Part shown: piece by piece, positions 1-7,729 of the stretch
Layout: every line of letters begins with the position of its first letter
How positions within the stretch are numbered: the stretch's first letter is position 1
Assembly: GCA_037144255.1 (NCBI GenBank)
Contig: JBAWXE010000001.1
Location: 24,866-88,865 of the forward strand
DNA: 64,000 nt
Direction: 5' to 3'
From: Bacteroidota bacterium
GTDB taxonomy: Bacteria > Bacteroidota > Bacteroidia > Chitinophagales > Chitinophagaceae
Position numbers and translations under genes: made by a program
Notes under the pieces: generated by a model
The model's database searches: none
What the model was told of the DNA's origin: nothing
The model's input: only the letters and a program-made list of their open reading frames with translations

Positions 1-446
1 GTTTTGCTACGCAAAGTGTACCTGTATATTTCATCCGTAGGCCCGTATGGGGGCTCTATTTCAGGCTTGATGCCATCTGGCAGATCTGCATTCATTATCC
101 TGCTCAATACTTGCTGCCGACCAAAAGCATCTTCTATATTATCTTCAAAGATGATGCGTATGTATGATAGACCAAATGACGAAACAGTTCTTAGATTTAC
201 TTTGTTCTGTACTGAATTTAATTCAGTTTCTAATGGTATAGTAATGAATTTTTCTACCTCTTCTGCACTTCTTCCGGGCCATTGTGTTATCACAATGATC
301 TGTGTATTCGTTACATCCGGAAAAGTTTCAATTGGTGTATTGTTATAGCAATAGAGTCCTATTACTGTCATCACTGCGGTAAAGAAAAAGATAAGATATC
401 TATGACGCAGTGAGAAATAGATGATTTGTTTTATGAACTTATTCAT
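1..446 (-). CDS. CusA/CzcA-family heavy-metal efflux RND permease, N-terminal ~148 aa only (gene runs off the left edge)
   Basis: Absent from the ORF track because there is no stop in the window. My reverse-strand translation from the ATG at 446..444 reads MNKFIKQIIYFSLRHRYLIFFFTAVMTVIGLYCYNNTPIETFPDVTNTQIIVITQWPGRSAEEVEKFITIPLE..., a typical CzcA/CusA N-terminus (TM1 plus start of the periplasmic loop). Same strand as, and downstream of, the adaptor and TolC genes. Confidence 0.8.
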   Translation of the reverse strand, partial: MNKFIKQIIYFSLRHRYLIFFFTAVMTVIGLYCYNNTPIETFPDVTNTQIIVITQWPGRSAEEVEKFITIPLETELNSVQNKVNLRTVSSFGLSYIRIIFEDNIEDAFGRQQVLSRIMNADLPDGIKPEIEPPYGPTDEIYRYTLRSK

Positions 447-530
447 AAATTTTAGTTTCTTTAAATTACAGTAGTATATCCCCGATGGGGTTGAATGATT
501 TGTACAATTAAAACTAAGACCTGGTTGTAG

Positions 531-1625
531 TTAGTTACTCAGCAGTTGATTGAAAATAAGTAGTTGATTTTTGGTAACTACTTTTTGCAATTCACTTACA
601 CCATCTTTGATGTATGTTTTCGCACCTACAGTTTTCAGAATGTTCACTTCTGCTATTTTTACGTTGTCTTTAGAATTATACACAACAACAAAGTTCTTTC
701 CATCTTGAGATATCAACGCAGATGTAGGTATGCACAGAGATCTTGATCCTTCCTCATTATTCACTATCACTCGTGCAAACATATCCGGTTTAAGCAGCAG
801 TTCATCGTTAGATAAGGTCACGCGCACACGCATAGCCTTACTCTGTGGGTCCAGCACCTCGCTTACCTTATCTATCTTACCTTGAAATATCTTATCAGGA
901 TAGGCCAGTGTGGTCACGCTTACTGGGTAGCCTTCTTTTACCTTTTGTATGTCAGCCTCATATACATTGGCATATACCCATACATTCTTAAGATTACTGA
1001 TAGTAAAAAGATAATCCCCCATATCTGCACGAATAAAAGACCCTGCTGTTATCTTCTTCTCTACTATATAACCATCCATAGGTGCTATCAGTACATACTG
1101 TCCACCTTCTGTGGTTTTACTGCCACCATTGATGTTCAGTACAGATTGTATTTTATTACGTGCAGATAGTGCTTTCTGGTAGTTCTGTTTTGCCTCATTA
1201 TACTCACGTTCACTGCTAATACCATTTTTGAATAACGACTCCGTATTTTCCATAGCCCTTTTCGCTATCGATACATCTGCGTTCGCACTGCTCAAGTCAC
1301 TATAATTACCGGCTATATCAGCACTTTTTACAGTGGCCAATACCTGCCCTTTACTTACTTTATCCCCCAGTGATACTTTAGCATCTACCACCTGCCCACT
1401 ATTACGTGGGTATATCTTTACTATATTATTCTCATTAAAGCTCACTTCCCCGCTCAGGGTTACTTCATCGCCTATATTGCAGTTATGTACTGTGTCAATG
1501 CTTATCATGTGCATCATGGTATCACTTAGCACAAAGCCTTTGCTGGCTTCTGCTTTCTTCTCTTCATGACTGCAGGAGCTAAGTATTGTTACTGCTATAA
1601 GTGCTGCTGCTATTATTGGTTTCAT
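531..1625 (-). CDS. Efflux RND periplasmic adaptor subunit (HlyD/CzcB-like), lipoprotein
   Basis: 364 aa. Lipobox LSSC. Biotinyl-lipoyl-like hairpin (GDKVSKGQVLATV), coiled-coil segment and beta-barrel region. Lies between the TolC-like and RND genes. Confidence 0.85.
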   Translation of the reverse strand: MKPIIAAALIAVTILSSCSHEEKKAEASKGFVLSDTMMHMISIDTVHNCNIGDEVTLSGEVSFNENNIVKIYPRNSGQVVDAKVSLGDKVSKGQVLATVKSADIAGNYSDLSSANADVSIAKRAMENTESLFKNGISSEREYNEAKQNYQKALSARNKIQSVLNINGGSKTTEGGQYVLIAPMDGYIVEKKITAGSFIRADMGDYLFTISNLKNVWVYANVYEADIQKVKEGYPVSVTTLAYPDKIFQGKIDKVSEVLDPQSKAMRVRVTLSNDELLLKPDMFARVIVNNEEGSRSLCIPTSALISQDGKNFVVVYNSKDNVKIAEVNILKTVGAKTYIKDGVSELQKVVTKNQLLIFNQLLSN

Positions 1626-1654
1626 TGTATATTTAATGTTTTTGAAATGATTGA

Positions 1655-2971
1655 TTAGTCTATTATAACGTCTATTCCCACAATGTCATTCAGTTCTTCC
1701 TTTGCCATTCTCAGGTTCAGTGTTTGTTGCAATTCCTTCTGGCGTATATCTTCATAATCATTGAAATAATCCAGAAATTCCAGCAAGCTTATCTGCCTTT
1801 TGTTATAGCTCTCTACTATATTGCTATATAGCTGGTAGTACTCTTTATAGAAGTCCTTACTCTGTCCATTGCTCAGCATAATGGTAGTACGCAGTTTCTG
1901 ATACGCGTTCAGCACATCATTCTTCAGTTTTATCTCAGCTTCTTGCATGTTGGCCTCCTCTGCCTTTGTTAGGAACTTAGCAGATTTGATATTGCCCTGA
2001 TTCCTGTCTAGCAAGGGCAGTGGCAAGGATATAGCCAAACCAAAATAGTTAGGTGCATAGTTTGCATTCTGGTCAAACTCCGGACCCAATGTCAAGTCAG
2101 GTACTGCCAGTGCTTTTTGCAATCTCACATTCTCCGTTTGGTATTGCAGTTGGTATACTTCCAATTGGTAATCTGTATTATTACGTTTGGCAGAGTCCAG
2201 CAATTTGGTAATACTCACATCTGGTATAGTGGCATTTTCATGGTCAGGCAACAAAGGCTGTATAAATGTATTACCACTTATTTGCAACAGTGATTTCAGT
2301 TCGGCCTGTGTATCATCCAGTTCCTTTTCATTATCGGTCATATCCTGTTGCAGGCTCACTAGTAGTGCCTGTATACGCAGATATTCTTTCTTGGCCACAT
2401 TACCGGCGTTGAACTGGGCTTCCATGGCATGCAGCAGTTTGTTCAGTTGCTCTTGCGACTGTGCATACAGTTTAGCATTGCCCTGCAATTGTGCCACTGT
2501 ATATAGGTCCTTCAGCAATTCAGCACGCAGGCTTCGCATCGTACTTTTGAACTGCCATTCGCTGATGCTCACATTCGTTTTGGCTAGGTCCACTTGCTTA
2601 CGGCGTTTGCCTGCTGTTTTGATCAATTGTTGTATTTGCACGTAGAATTCTCCCACTGGTATTGAATTACCTGCACTATCGTGTGTGGTCGTATGTTGAA
2701 AGAATTTGCCATCTCTGTACAGGTTCTGGTCTGTGTTCAGCATGGGGTTATCCCATTTTCTGGCTTGTTCCACCAATGCCTTACTCGATTGTATGTTGTA
2801 ATATCCTGCCAGCAAGCTCAGGTTCTTATCCAGAAACAATTTTTCCGCTTGTTTCACATCCATACGCAGCGTATCAGGCTGCATAGATGTTTGTGCGTCA
2901 GTTATATTGGGGTGCAATAAGCATATGCAACATACGATGCTGATACTTTTTGCAAGCATTTTTATTGGCAT
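1655..2971 (-). CDS. TolC-family outer membrane efflux protein (CzcC-like)
   Basis: 438 aa. Signal peptide, two-fold repeated coiled-coil/beta architecture. First gene of the three-gene efflux operon. Confidence 0.8.
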   Translation of the reverse strand: MPIKMLAKSISIVCCICLLHPNITDAQTSMQPDTLRMDVKQAEKLFLDKNLSLLAGYYNIQSSKALVEQARKWDNPMLNTDQNLYRDGKFFQHTTTHDSAGNSIPVGEFYVQIQQLIKTAGKRRKQVDLAKTNVSISEWQFKSTMRSLRAELLKDLYTVAQLQGNAKLYAQSQEQLNKLLHAMEAQFNAGNVAKKEYLRIQALLVSLQQDMTDNEKELDDTQAELKSLLQISGNTFIQPLLPDHENATIPDVSITKLLDSAKRNNTDYQLEVYQLQYQTENVRLQKALAVPDLTLGPEFDQNANYAPNYFGLAISLPLPLLDRNQGNIKSAKFLTKAEEANMQEAEIKLKNDVLNAYQKLRTTIMLSNGQSKDFYKEYYQLYSNIVESYNKRQISLLEFLDYFNDYEDIRQKELQQTLNLRMAKEELNDIVGIDVIID

Positions 2972-3039
2972 GCTATGGTATTATTTGTATGATGATGAAT
3001 GACCCTTTTTTCAAAAAGGAGTGTATGTTCGGCCATTGA

Positions 3040-3426
3040 TTATCCCAACTTCGGAGGAGGTGGATTGATCTCCTCAAAAAATTGATATTGATATTTTTGA
3101 GGAATATTCGGTGTTGGCTTTTCTAGTTCTGAATAGGAAAGATGCATATCCTCTGCATCGATATTACAGCAAGGGATACTGTTATGATGGTTGAATTTTA
3201 TTTTTCTATTGCCGTTATTTTCACTCTTGATATGCTCTTGCTTTTTATGGGTATCTGCATTATCGATACTGTACCCATAGTTGCCTTGTTGGGTAATACT
3301 TACCTCTCCATCTTCCAAATCAAAACTTGCCATATCTGTTACCTCAGTATGTACACTTACTATAAATAAGTGTAATACCAGAAACAGGCAGCAACCTCTT
3401 GATATATAAAATATGAATCTGCGCAT
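3040..3426 (-). CDS. Small secreted/membrane-anchored hypothetical protein upstream of the efflux operon
   Basis: 128 aa with a hydrophobic N-terminus. His/Asn-rich middle (HKKQEHIKSENNGNRKIKFNHHN), CC pair, PPPP tail. 68 bp upstream of the TolC-like gene on the same strand. Confidence 0.45.
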   Translation of the reverse strand: MRRFIFYISRGCCLFLVLHLFIVSVHTEVTDMASFDLEDGEVSITQQGNYGYSIDNADTHKKQEHIKSENNGNRKIKFNHHNSIPCCNIDAEDMHLSYSELEKPTPNIPQKYQYQFFEEINPPPPKLG

Positions 3427-3730
3427 AATGCTAATAGACTCTGCAAATTACCTAATGCAGTAATAAAGGATTGTTAAATGTTCACTAACTTGGGTATGTA
3501 TCAGTGAAATAATATCAAACGGATTTGATACACATTGTTATAGTGGCTATTCATATTATTGCAATCTATACTATCAATAAGTATACTGTAGAATGAGTAT
3601 TATTAGTTTCTGCTAAGCACTATATTCCTTAATGTTATGATAATCTGTTTTGCTTTATCGTTGCGATTATTCATTGTTTTTTTGCCTAAACAATTTTCTA
3701 TCAATAGCAAACAGATAATTATTTTATATA

Positions 3731-4897
3731 ATGAAAAAAAACTCTATCGCATTTACTCTCTTTTTGGCAACCATGTATATAGTATTATCAAGCGATATGG
3801 ATGGTGCGGCTCACCATGGTCATGGTAATCTTACTGGTAGTCCTACTGGTGCTGTAGGTCATTGCCAAACAAGTAGTTGTCATGGTGCTAATAACGCACT
3901 TACCATCGTTCAGCTACAAGTTTTAGATACCTCTACCATGTTGCCTATCACTACCTATAACGCATTACAATCCTACCTTGTAACAATTACAGGAAACGAT
4001 ACTGACGTAGCTACCGTTTTACCTGGTTTTGGCTTTCAGGCTTCTACAGTTTTAGGCAATCACACACAGGCAGGTACTTATATCATTCCTTCCAATCTGG
4101 CTAGTAGTATTCATACATATCCATGTGGTAGCACTACTGTAGTAGAACATACTATTGTTTTACACCCCACAAGTGCTAATAGCAATAGATATGCTATTCA
4201 GTTCTATTGGCAAGCACCACCACCTGCCAGCGATAGTGTAACATTCTATTCTGTGTTGAATGCTGTTAATGGGGATGGTGGAAAATCAGGCGATTATCCT
4301 AATGCTGCTCCCAATGTAACTATTTACGAAGATGCATCTACTGCTACTTGTGGCATCCCTACAAATATTGCCGATTCTTTGGTCTCTCCTACCTCTGCAT
4401 TCTTATATTGGACATCAGTACCCGGCGCTATAACTTATAATATACAGTACCGTCCGGTAGGTACTTCTACCTGGAGCAATACTACCGCTACCACCAATTC
4501 AAAAACTATAACAGGGTTAACGCCATCTACTACTTACGAGTTTAGTGTTCAGACAGTATGTTCAGGCAGCCCTAGTTTGTTTAGTCTTTCAAACGATACA
4601 CTCACCACATTGATCAGCAATGGAGTATCTGTCATCAATAATAACATGAGCGACTTTTCAGTATTCCCTAACCCCTCATCTGTCGATGCCAATATTGCAT
4701 ATCACCTACTTACACCTCAGAGAATAAGCATTGCAGTGTACGATATTTTGGGCAATAAAGTAGCACAACCGGTAGATAAGGAAATGCAAAATGTTGGTGC
4801 GCATACATACAAATTAGCAGTTCCTGCTGCTGGTGTATACTTTGTTAGCATGCTATCTGGCAATACTGCATATACTCGTCAGTTTGTAAAACTCTAA
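3731..4897 (+). CDS. Secreted protein with FN3 domain and T9SS type A C-terminal sorting domain
   Basis: 388 aa with a signal peptide. HHGHG and CQTSSCH motifs near the mature N-terminus. FN3-like segment (LYWTSVPGAITYNIQYRPVGTSTW...TTYEFSVQTVC). C-terminal FPNP...VYDILGNKV...GVYFV sorting-domain pattern. Confidence 0.8.
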   Translation: MKKNSIAFTLFLATMYIVLSSDMDGAAHHGHGNLTGSPTGAVGHCQTSSCHGANNALTIVQLQVLDTSTMLPITTYNALQSYLVTITGNDTDVATVLPGFGFQASTVLGNHTQAGTYIIPSNLASSIHTYPCGSTTVVEHTIVLHPTSANSNRYAIQFYWQAPPPASDSVTFYSVLNAVNGDGGKSGDYPNAAPNVTIYEDASTATCGIPTNIADSLVSPTSAFLYWTSVPGAITYNIQYRPVGTSTWSNTTATTNSKTITGLTPSTTYEFSVQTVCSGSPSLFSLSNDTLTTLISNGVSVINNNMSDFSVFPNPSSVDANIAYHLLTPQRISIAVYDILGNKVAQPVDKEMQNVGAHTYKLAVPAAGVYFVSMLSGNTAYTRQFVKL

Positions 4898-5022
4898 GGT
4901 CATGCACAGGAAGAGTTTATGATCTATTTATAGCTAATTCCTTGCTCATCTCCTCCCATTTTCATACCTTTGTAGGGTACAAAGTTCGCATCTTTTTTCT
5001 TCTTATGCGTTCTTTTTCAGGT

Positions 5023-5115
5023 CGGTAATTATTCGGTAAAGGATCGGTAATAAACCGGAAACCAATCGGTAATTTTCGGTAAATGATCAGTAAATTTTCC
5101 GATAGAAACCGGTAA
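5023..5115. repeat. Phased direct-repeat array: 9 CGGTAA-type boxes at 10-12 bp spacing
   Basis: Box starts at 5023, 5034, 5045, 5056 (CGGAAA), 5067, 5077, 5088 (CAGTAA), 5100 (CGATAG) and 5110. Near base-for-base homologue at 45664..45744. Confidence 0.85.
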
Positions 5116-5152
5116 TATTTTAGCCGCATCCACAACAAATCTCCGATTATCT

Positions 5153-5606
5153 AATGTTACAATGTAACCCAAATGTAACTTTTGAAATCACACAACTGAT
5201 TGATTATCAACTATATAAACTACACCTGTAACCAAAAAAATTTTCCAAGTGAATGTAACATTTCAATTTATTTATATGCATATTTTTGAGCAAAAACCAT
5301 CCCTAAGGGATTGCATATTTATAGGAAAATTAAAAAGCAACTTCATCCGTTGCGGATGGTATCGCATATTCAAAAAACAAATGTTACATTGAAAAGCAAA
5401 TGTAACATTTGTAATCTCACAACTAATTGATTATCAAACACTCAAACTTCCCACTTACCATAAAAAATTTTCCAAGAGAATGTAACTTTTGATTGTATTT
5501 ACGTACACCATTCACAACAACCCTATCCCGAAAGGATTACATATTTATAGAAAAGTAGAAAAATATCTCCACCCGATGCCGTAGGTATCGCATATCAAAT
5601 TCCACA
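5153..5606 (+). repeat. Tandem duplication (period ~227 bp) of a non-coding unit: ~100 bp TGTAAC/TTGATTATCAA module plus a hairpin-bearing spacer
   Basis: Landmarks recur at +226/227 bp. TTGATTATCAA at 5200 and 5427. GAATGTAAC box at 5251 and 5478. CATATTTATAG at 5314 and 5540. Hairpins at 5299..5311 and 5525..5537. No ORF of 60 aa or more. Confidence 0.8.
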
Positions 5607-5653
5607 CATTCACCACATTGACGCATTACACACATTGTCACATTGCTCACATT
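5605..5653 (+). repeat. Short tandem repeat, 6 x CACATT(G)nn with 8-9 bp period
   Basis: CACATT (once CGCATT) starts at 5605, 5614, 5622, 5631, 5639 and 5648. Ends 33 bp before the Nif3 ATG. Confidence 0.75.
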
Positions 5654-5685
5654 CCCCTATCTTGCATATCCCTTAAAGCGCTCAT

Positions 5686-6786
5686 ATGTTAGTAAAAGAT
5701 ATCATTCAGGCCATAGAGCAGTTCGCACCCTCCACCTATCAGGAAAGCTATGACAACTCAGGTCTCCAGGTCGGCGATACCCATGCCACAGTTACAGGTA
5801 TACTCCTCAGTCTGGATATTACAGAAGCTATAGTAGATGAGGCTATAGAGCGTCGTTGTAATATGATAGTGTCCCATCACCCACTATTATTCTCCGGACT
5901 CAAACGCATTTCGGGCAACAACTATATAGAACGTATTGTACATAAGGCCATTAAGCACGATATCCATTTATATTCAGTCCATACCAATCTGGATAATGTA
6001 CGCGCTGGTGTCAATGCAGCTTTTGCAGCCCGCCTCGGCTTGCAGAATACCCGCATACTAGCCCCCATGCAGGGCACCTTACGCAAATTATATACATATG
6101 CCCCTGTAGATGTGGCAGAAAAGATCCGACAGGCACTTTTTGCCGCCGGTGCAGGTAATATAGGTGAGTATACAGAATGTAGTTTCAGCTCCGAGGGCGA
6201 CAGTACTTTCAAACCCAGCCTACATGCCAATCCTTTTATTGGTCAGGCTGGTGGCCCTACCGAAAATATTCGCGAGGTAAAGATCGAGGTCATCGTTCCA
6301 CTTCATAATGAAAGAGCAGTACTTAAAGCCCTGTTCGATACTCACCCATATGAGGAGGTTGCCTACGAAATGGTACAACTCCTCAATGAGAACCAAGATC
6401 TAGGTGCAGGTATGATAGGTAACTTACCACAGGCTTTAGATGAAACTGCTTTCCTTTACTTCCTGAAACAACAAATGAAACTTTCTTACATTCGTCATGC
6501 CCCACTATTGGGTCGTCAAATAAAAAAAGTAGCTATTTGTGGGGGCTCCGGTAGTTTCTTACTCAAAGATGCCATGAGGGCAGGTGCTGATATCTTCATA
6601 ACAGGAGATTTTAAATATCATCAATTTTTCGATGCCGATGGGCGTATTGTCATTGCCGATATTGGCCATTACGAGAGCGAGCAATTCACCGTAGAATTAT
6701 TGGCAACGATACTTAACGAAAAATTCCCTAATTTTGCCATTCTTTTATCAATATTATCAACGAATCCTGTAAATTATTTTTGCTGA
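5686..6786 (+). CDS. Nif3-like dinuclear metal centre protein (YbgI/GTP cyclohydrolase 1 type 2 family)
   Basis: 366 aa. N-terminal YDNSGLQVGD and SHHPLLF motifs, central PII-like insert, C-terminal GHYESE motif. Confidence 0.85.
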   Translation: MLVKDIIQAIEQFAPSTYQESYDNSGLQVGDTHATVTGILLSLDITEAIVDEAIERRCNMIVSHHPLLFSGLKRISGNNYIERIVHKAIKHDIHLYSVHTNLDNVRAGVNAAFAARLGLQNTRILAPMQGTLRKLYTYAPVDVAEKIRQALFAAGAGNIGEYTECSFSSEGDSTFKPSLHANPFIGQAGGPTENIREVKIEVIVPLHNERAVLKALFDTHPYEEVAYEMVQLLNENQDLGAGMIGNLPQALDETAFLYFLKQQMKLSYIRHAPLLGRQIKKVAICGGSGSFLLKDAMRAGADIFITGDFKYHQFFDADGRIVIADIGHYESEQFTVELLATILNEKFPNFAILLSILSTNPVNYFC

Positions 6787-6787
6787 T

Positions 6788-7546
6788 ATGGCTGCAACAG
6801 TTAAAGACTTTTCGGTTGAAGAAAAACTGATCTCCGTCCTGACATTACAAAAGATCGACTCTAAAATAGATGAGATACAAACCCTCAAGGGCGAATTGCC
6901 TATGGAGGTGAAAGACCTGGAAGACGAGGTAGAAGGTTTGAATACCCGTTTGGCCAATATTGATGCAGAAGAAAATAGCATCAATGCGTTTATCGAAGCT
7001 AAAACAGCTGCGAAGAAAGAAGCTCAGGCACTGATCAAGAAATACGAAAAACAGCAGGATAACGTAAAGAATAACCGTGAGTTCGAAGCCATCAATAAAG
7101 AGATGGAAATGCAGGAACTGGAAGTGCGCTTGAATGAAAAACATATTAAGGACGCTAACTACGAACTGAAAGATCGCGCTAATCAACGTATCAAGACTCA
7201 GGATAAGATCGATGCTGTAGATGCAGTATTGAAAGTAAAGAAGGCTGAGCTGGAAAAGATCATCGCAGAAACAGAAAAAGAAGAAAAACAATTACAAGTA
7301 AAATCTGACGCTGCTAAAGAAAAAGTAGATGCTCGTTTGCTAACAGCTTACGATCGTATTCGCAAAAGCTATAGCAATGGTTTGGCAGTAGTGCCTATCA
7401 TGCGCGATTCTTGCGGTGGTTGCTTCAACGTCATACCTCCTCAACGTCAGTCAGAGATCCGTCAACACAAAAAGATCATTGTTTGCGAACATTGCGGACG
7501 TGTATTGGTGGATACAGACCTGAATGATGGTGTTAAAGTAAAGTAA
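6788..7546 (+). CDS. Coiled-coil protein with C-terminal C4 zinc ribbon (COG1579-like)
   Basis: 252 aa. Long charged coiled coil, then CGGC...CEHCGR. Starts 1 nt after the Nif3 stop, a commonly seen Nif3/Zn-ribbon pairing. Confidence 0.75.
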   Translation: MAATVKDFSVEEKLISVLTLQKIDSKIDEIQTLKGELPMEVKDLEDEVEGLNTRLANIDAEENSINAFIEAKTAAKKEAQALIKKYEKQQDNVKNNREFEAINKEMEMQELEVRLNEKHIKDANYELKDRANQRIKTQDKIDAVDAVLKVKKAELEKIIAETEKEEKQLQVKSDAAKEKVDARLLTAYDRIRKSYSNGLAVVPIMRDSCGGCFNVIPPQRQSEIRQHKKIIVCEHCGRVLVDTDLNDGVKVK

Positions 7547-7570
7547 ATATGTAAGCTCGATATTGGTATA

Positions 7571-7597
7571 AAAAGGAGCTCTCATGGGCTCCTTTTT
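7571..7597 (+). terminator. Rho-independent terminator after the Zn-ribbon gene
   Basis: AAAAGGAGC-TCTCATGG-GCTCCTTTTT hairpin with a T-run. Confidence 0.7.
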
Positions 7598-7729
7598 ACA
7601 TAGTATAAGTATAAAATATATCCTCCATTCCCACTCGTTTTGCTACCACTCAATGAACATTTTGACGTAGGTTTGCGTAGTTTTTTAACAGGAATACTTA
7701 GTCTCTCTAAATAACAAATTGTACTTCTG

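Noticed and set aside
4-348. 114 aa + strand ORF at the left edge
   Set aside because: It is antisense to a convincing CzcA/CusA N-terminus read from the ATG at 446 on the minus strand. Its sequence is low-complexity with no motifs.
5023-5115. CRISPR array
   Set aside because: The repeat unit is only about 11 bp with no unique spacers, there are no cas genes, and the two loci are near-identical copies of each other.
5125-5140. DnaA-box-like GCATCCACA in the repeat element (origin of replication?)
   Set aside because: It is a single imperfect box, and the second copy reads TACCCACA. There is no dnaA or dnaN, no AT-rich unwinding element pattern, and the element occurs twice within 40 kb.
5200-5210. 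TTGATTATCAA palindrome as an FNR/CRP-family box
   Set aside because: FNR-type sites are TTGAT-N4-ATCAA and here the spacer is a single base. I kept it only as a conserved feature of the module.
5276-5392. 38-codon ORF (MHIFEQKPSLRDCIFIGKLKSNFIRCGWYRIFKKQMLH) in the first spacer of the repeat
   Set aside because: The homologous position in the second repeat unit is interrupted by stop codons. The conservation is therefore at the nucleotide or structure level and not at the coding level.
5478-5510. TGTAAC-N15-CGTA as an ECF-sigma (SigX/SigW-like) promoter
   Set aside because: The downstream CGTA is present only in module 2. The other three modules lack it at that spacing, and the consensus comes from Firmicutes.
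6845-7291. 148 aa antisense ORF inside the Zn-ribbon gene. Similar antisense or shadow ORFs occur at 2187..2645, 24223..24630, 27677..28090, 39197..39595, 45090..45485 and 55535..55963
   Set aside because: They are entirely nested in, or overlapping, well-supported genes on the other strand. Their composition is Phe/Leu/Cys-rich, typical of shadow frames of AT-rich coding DNA.
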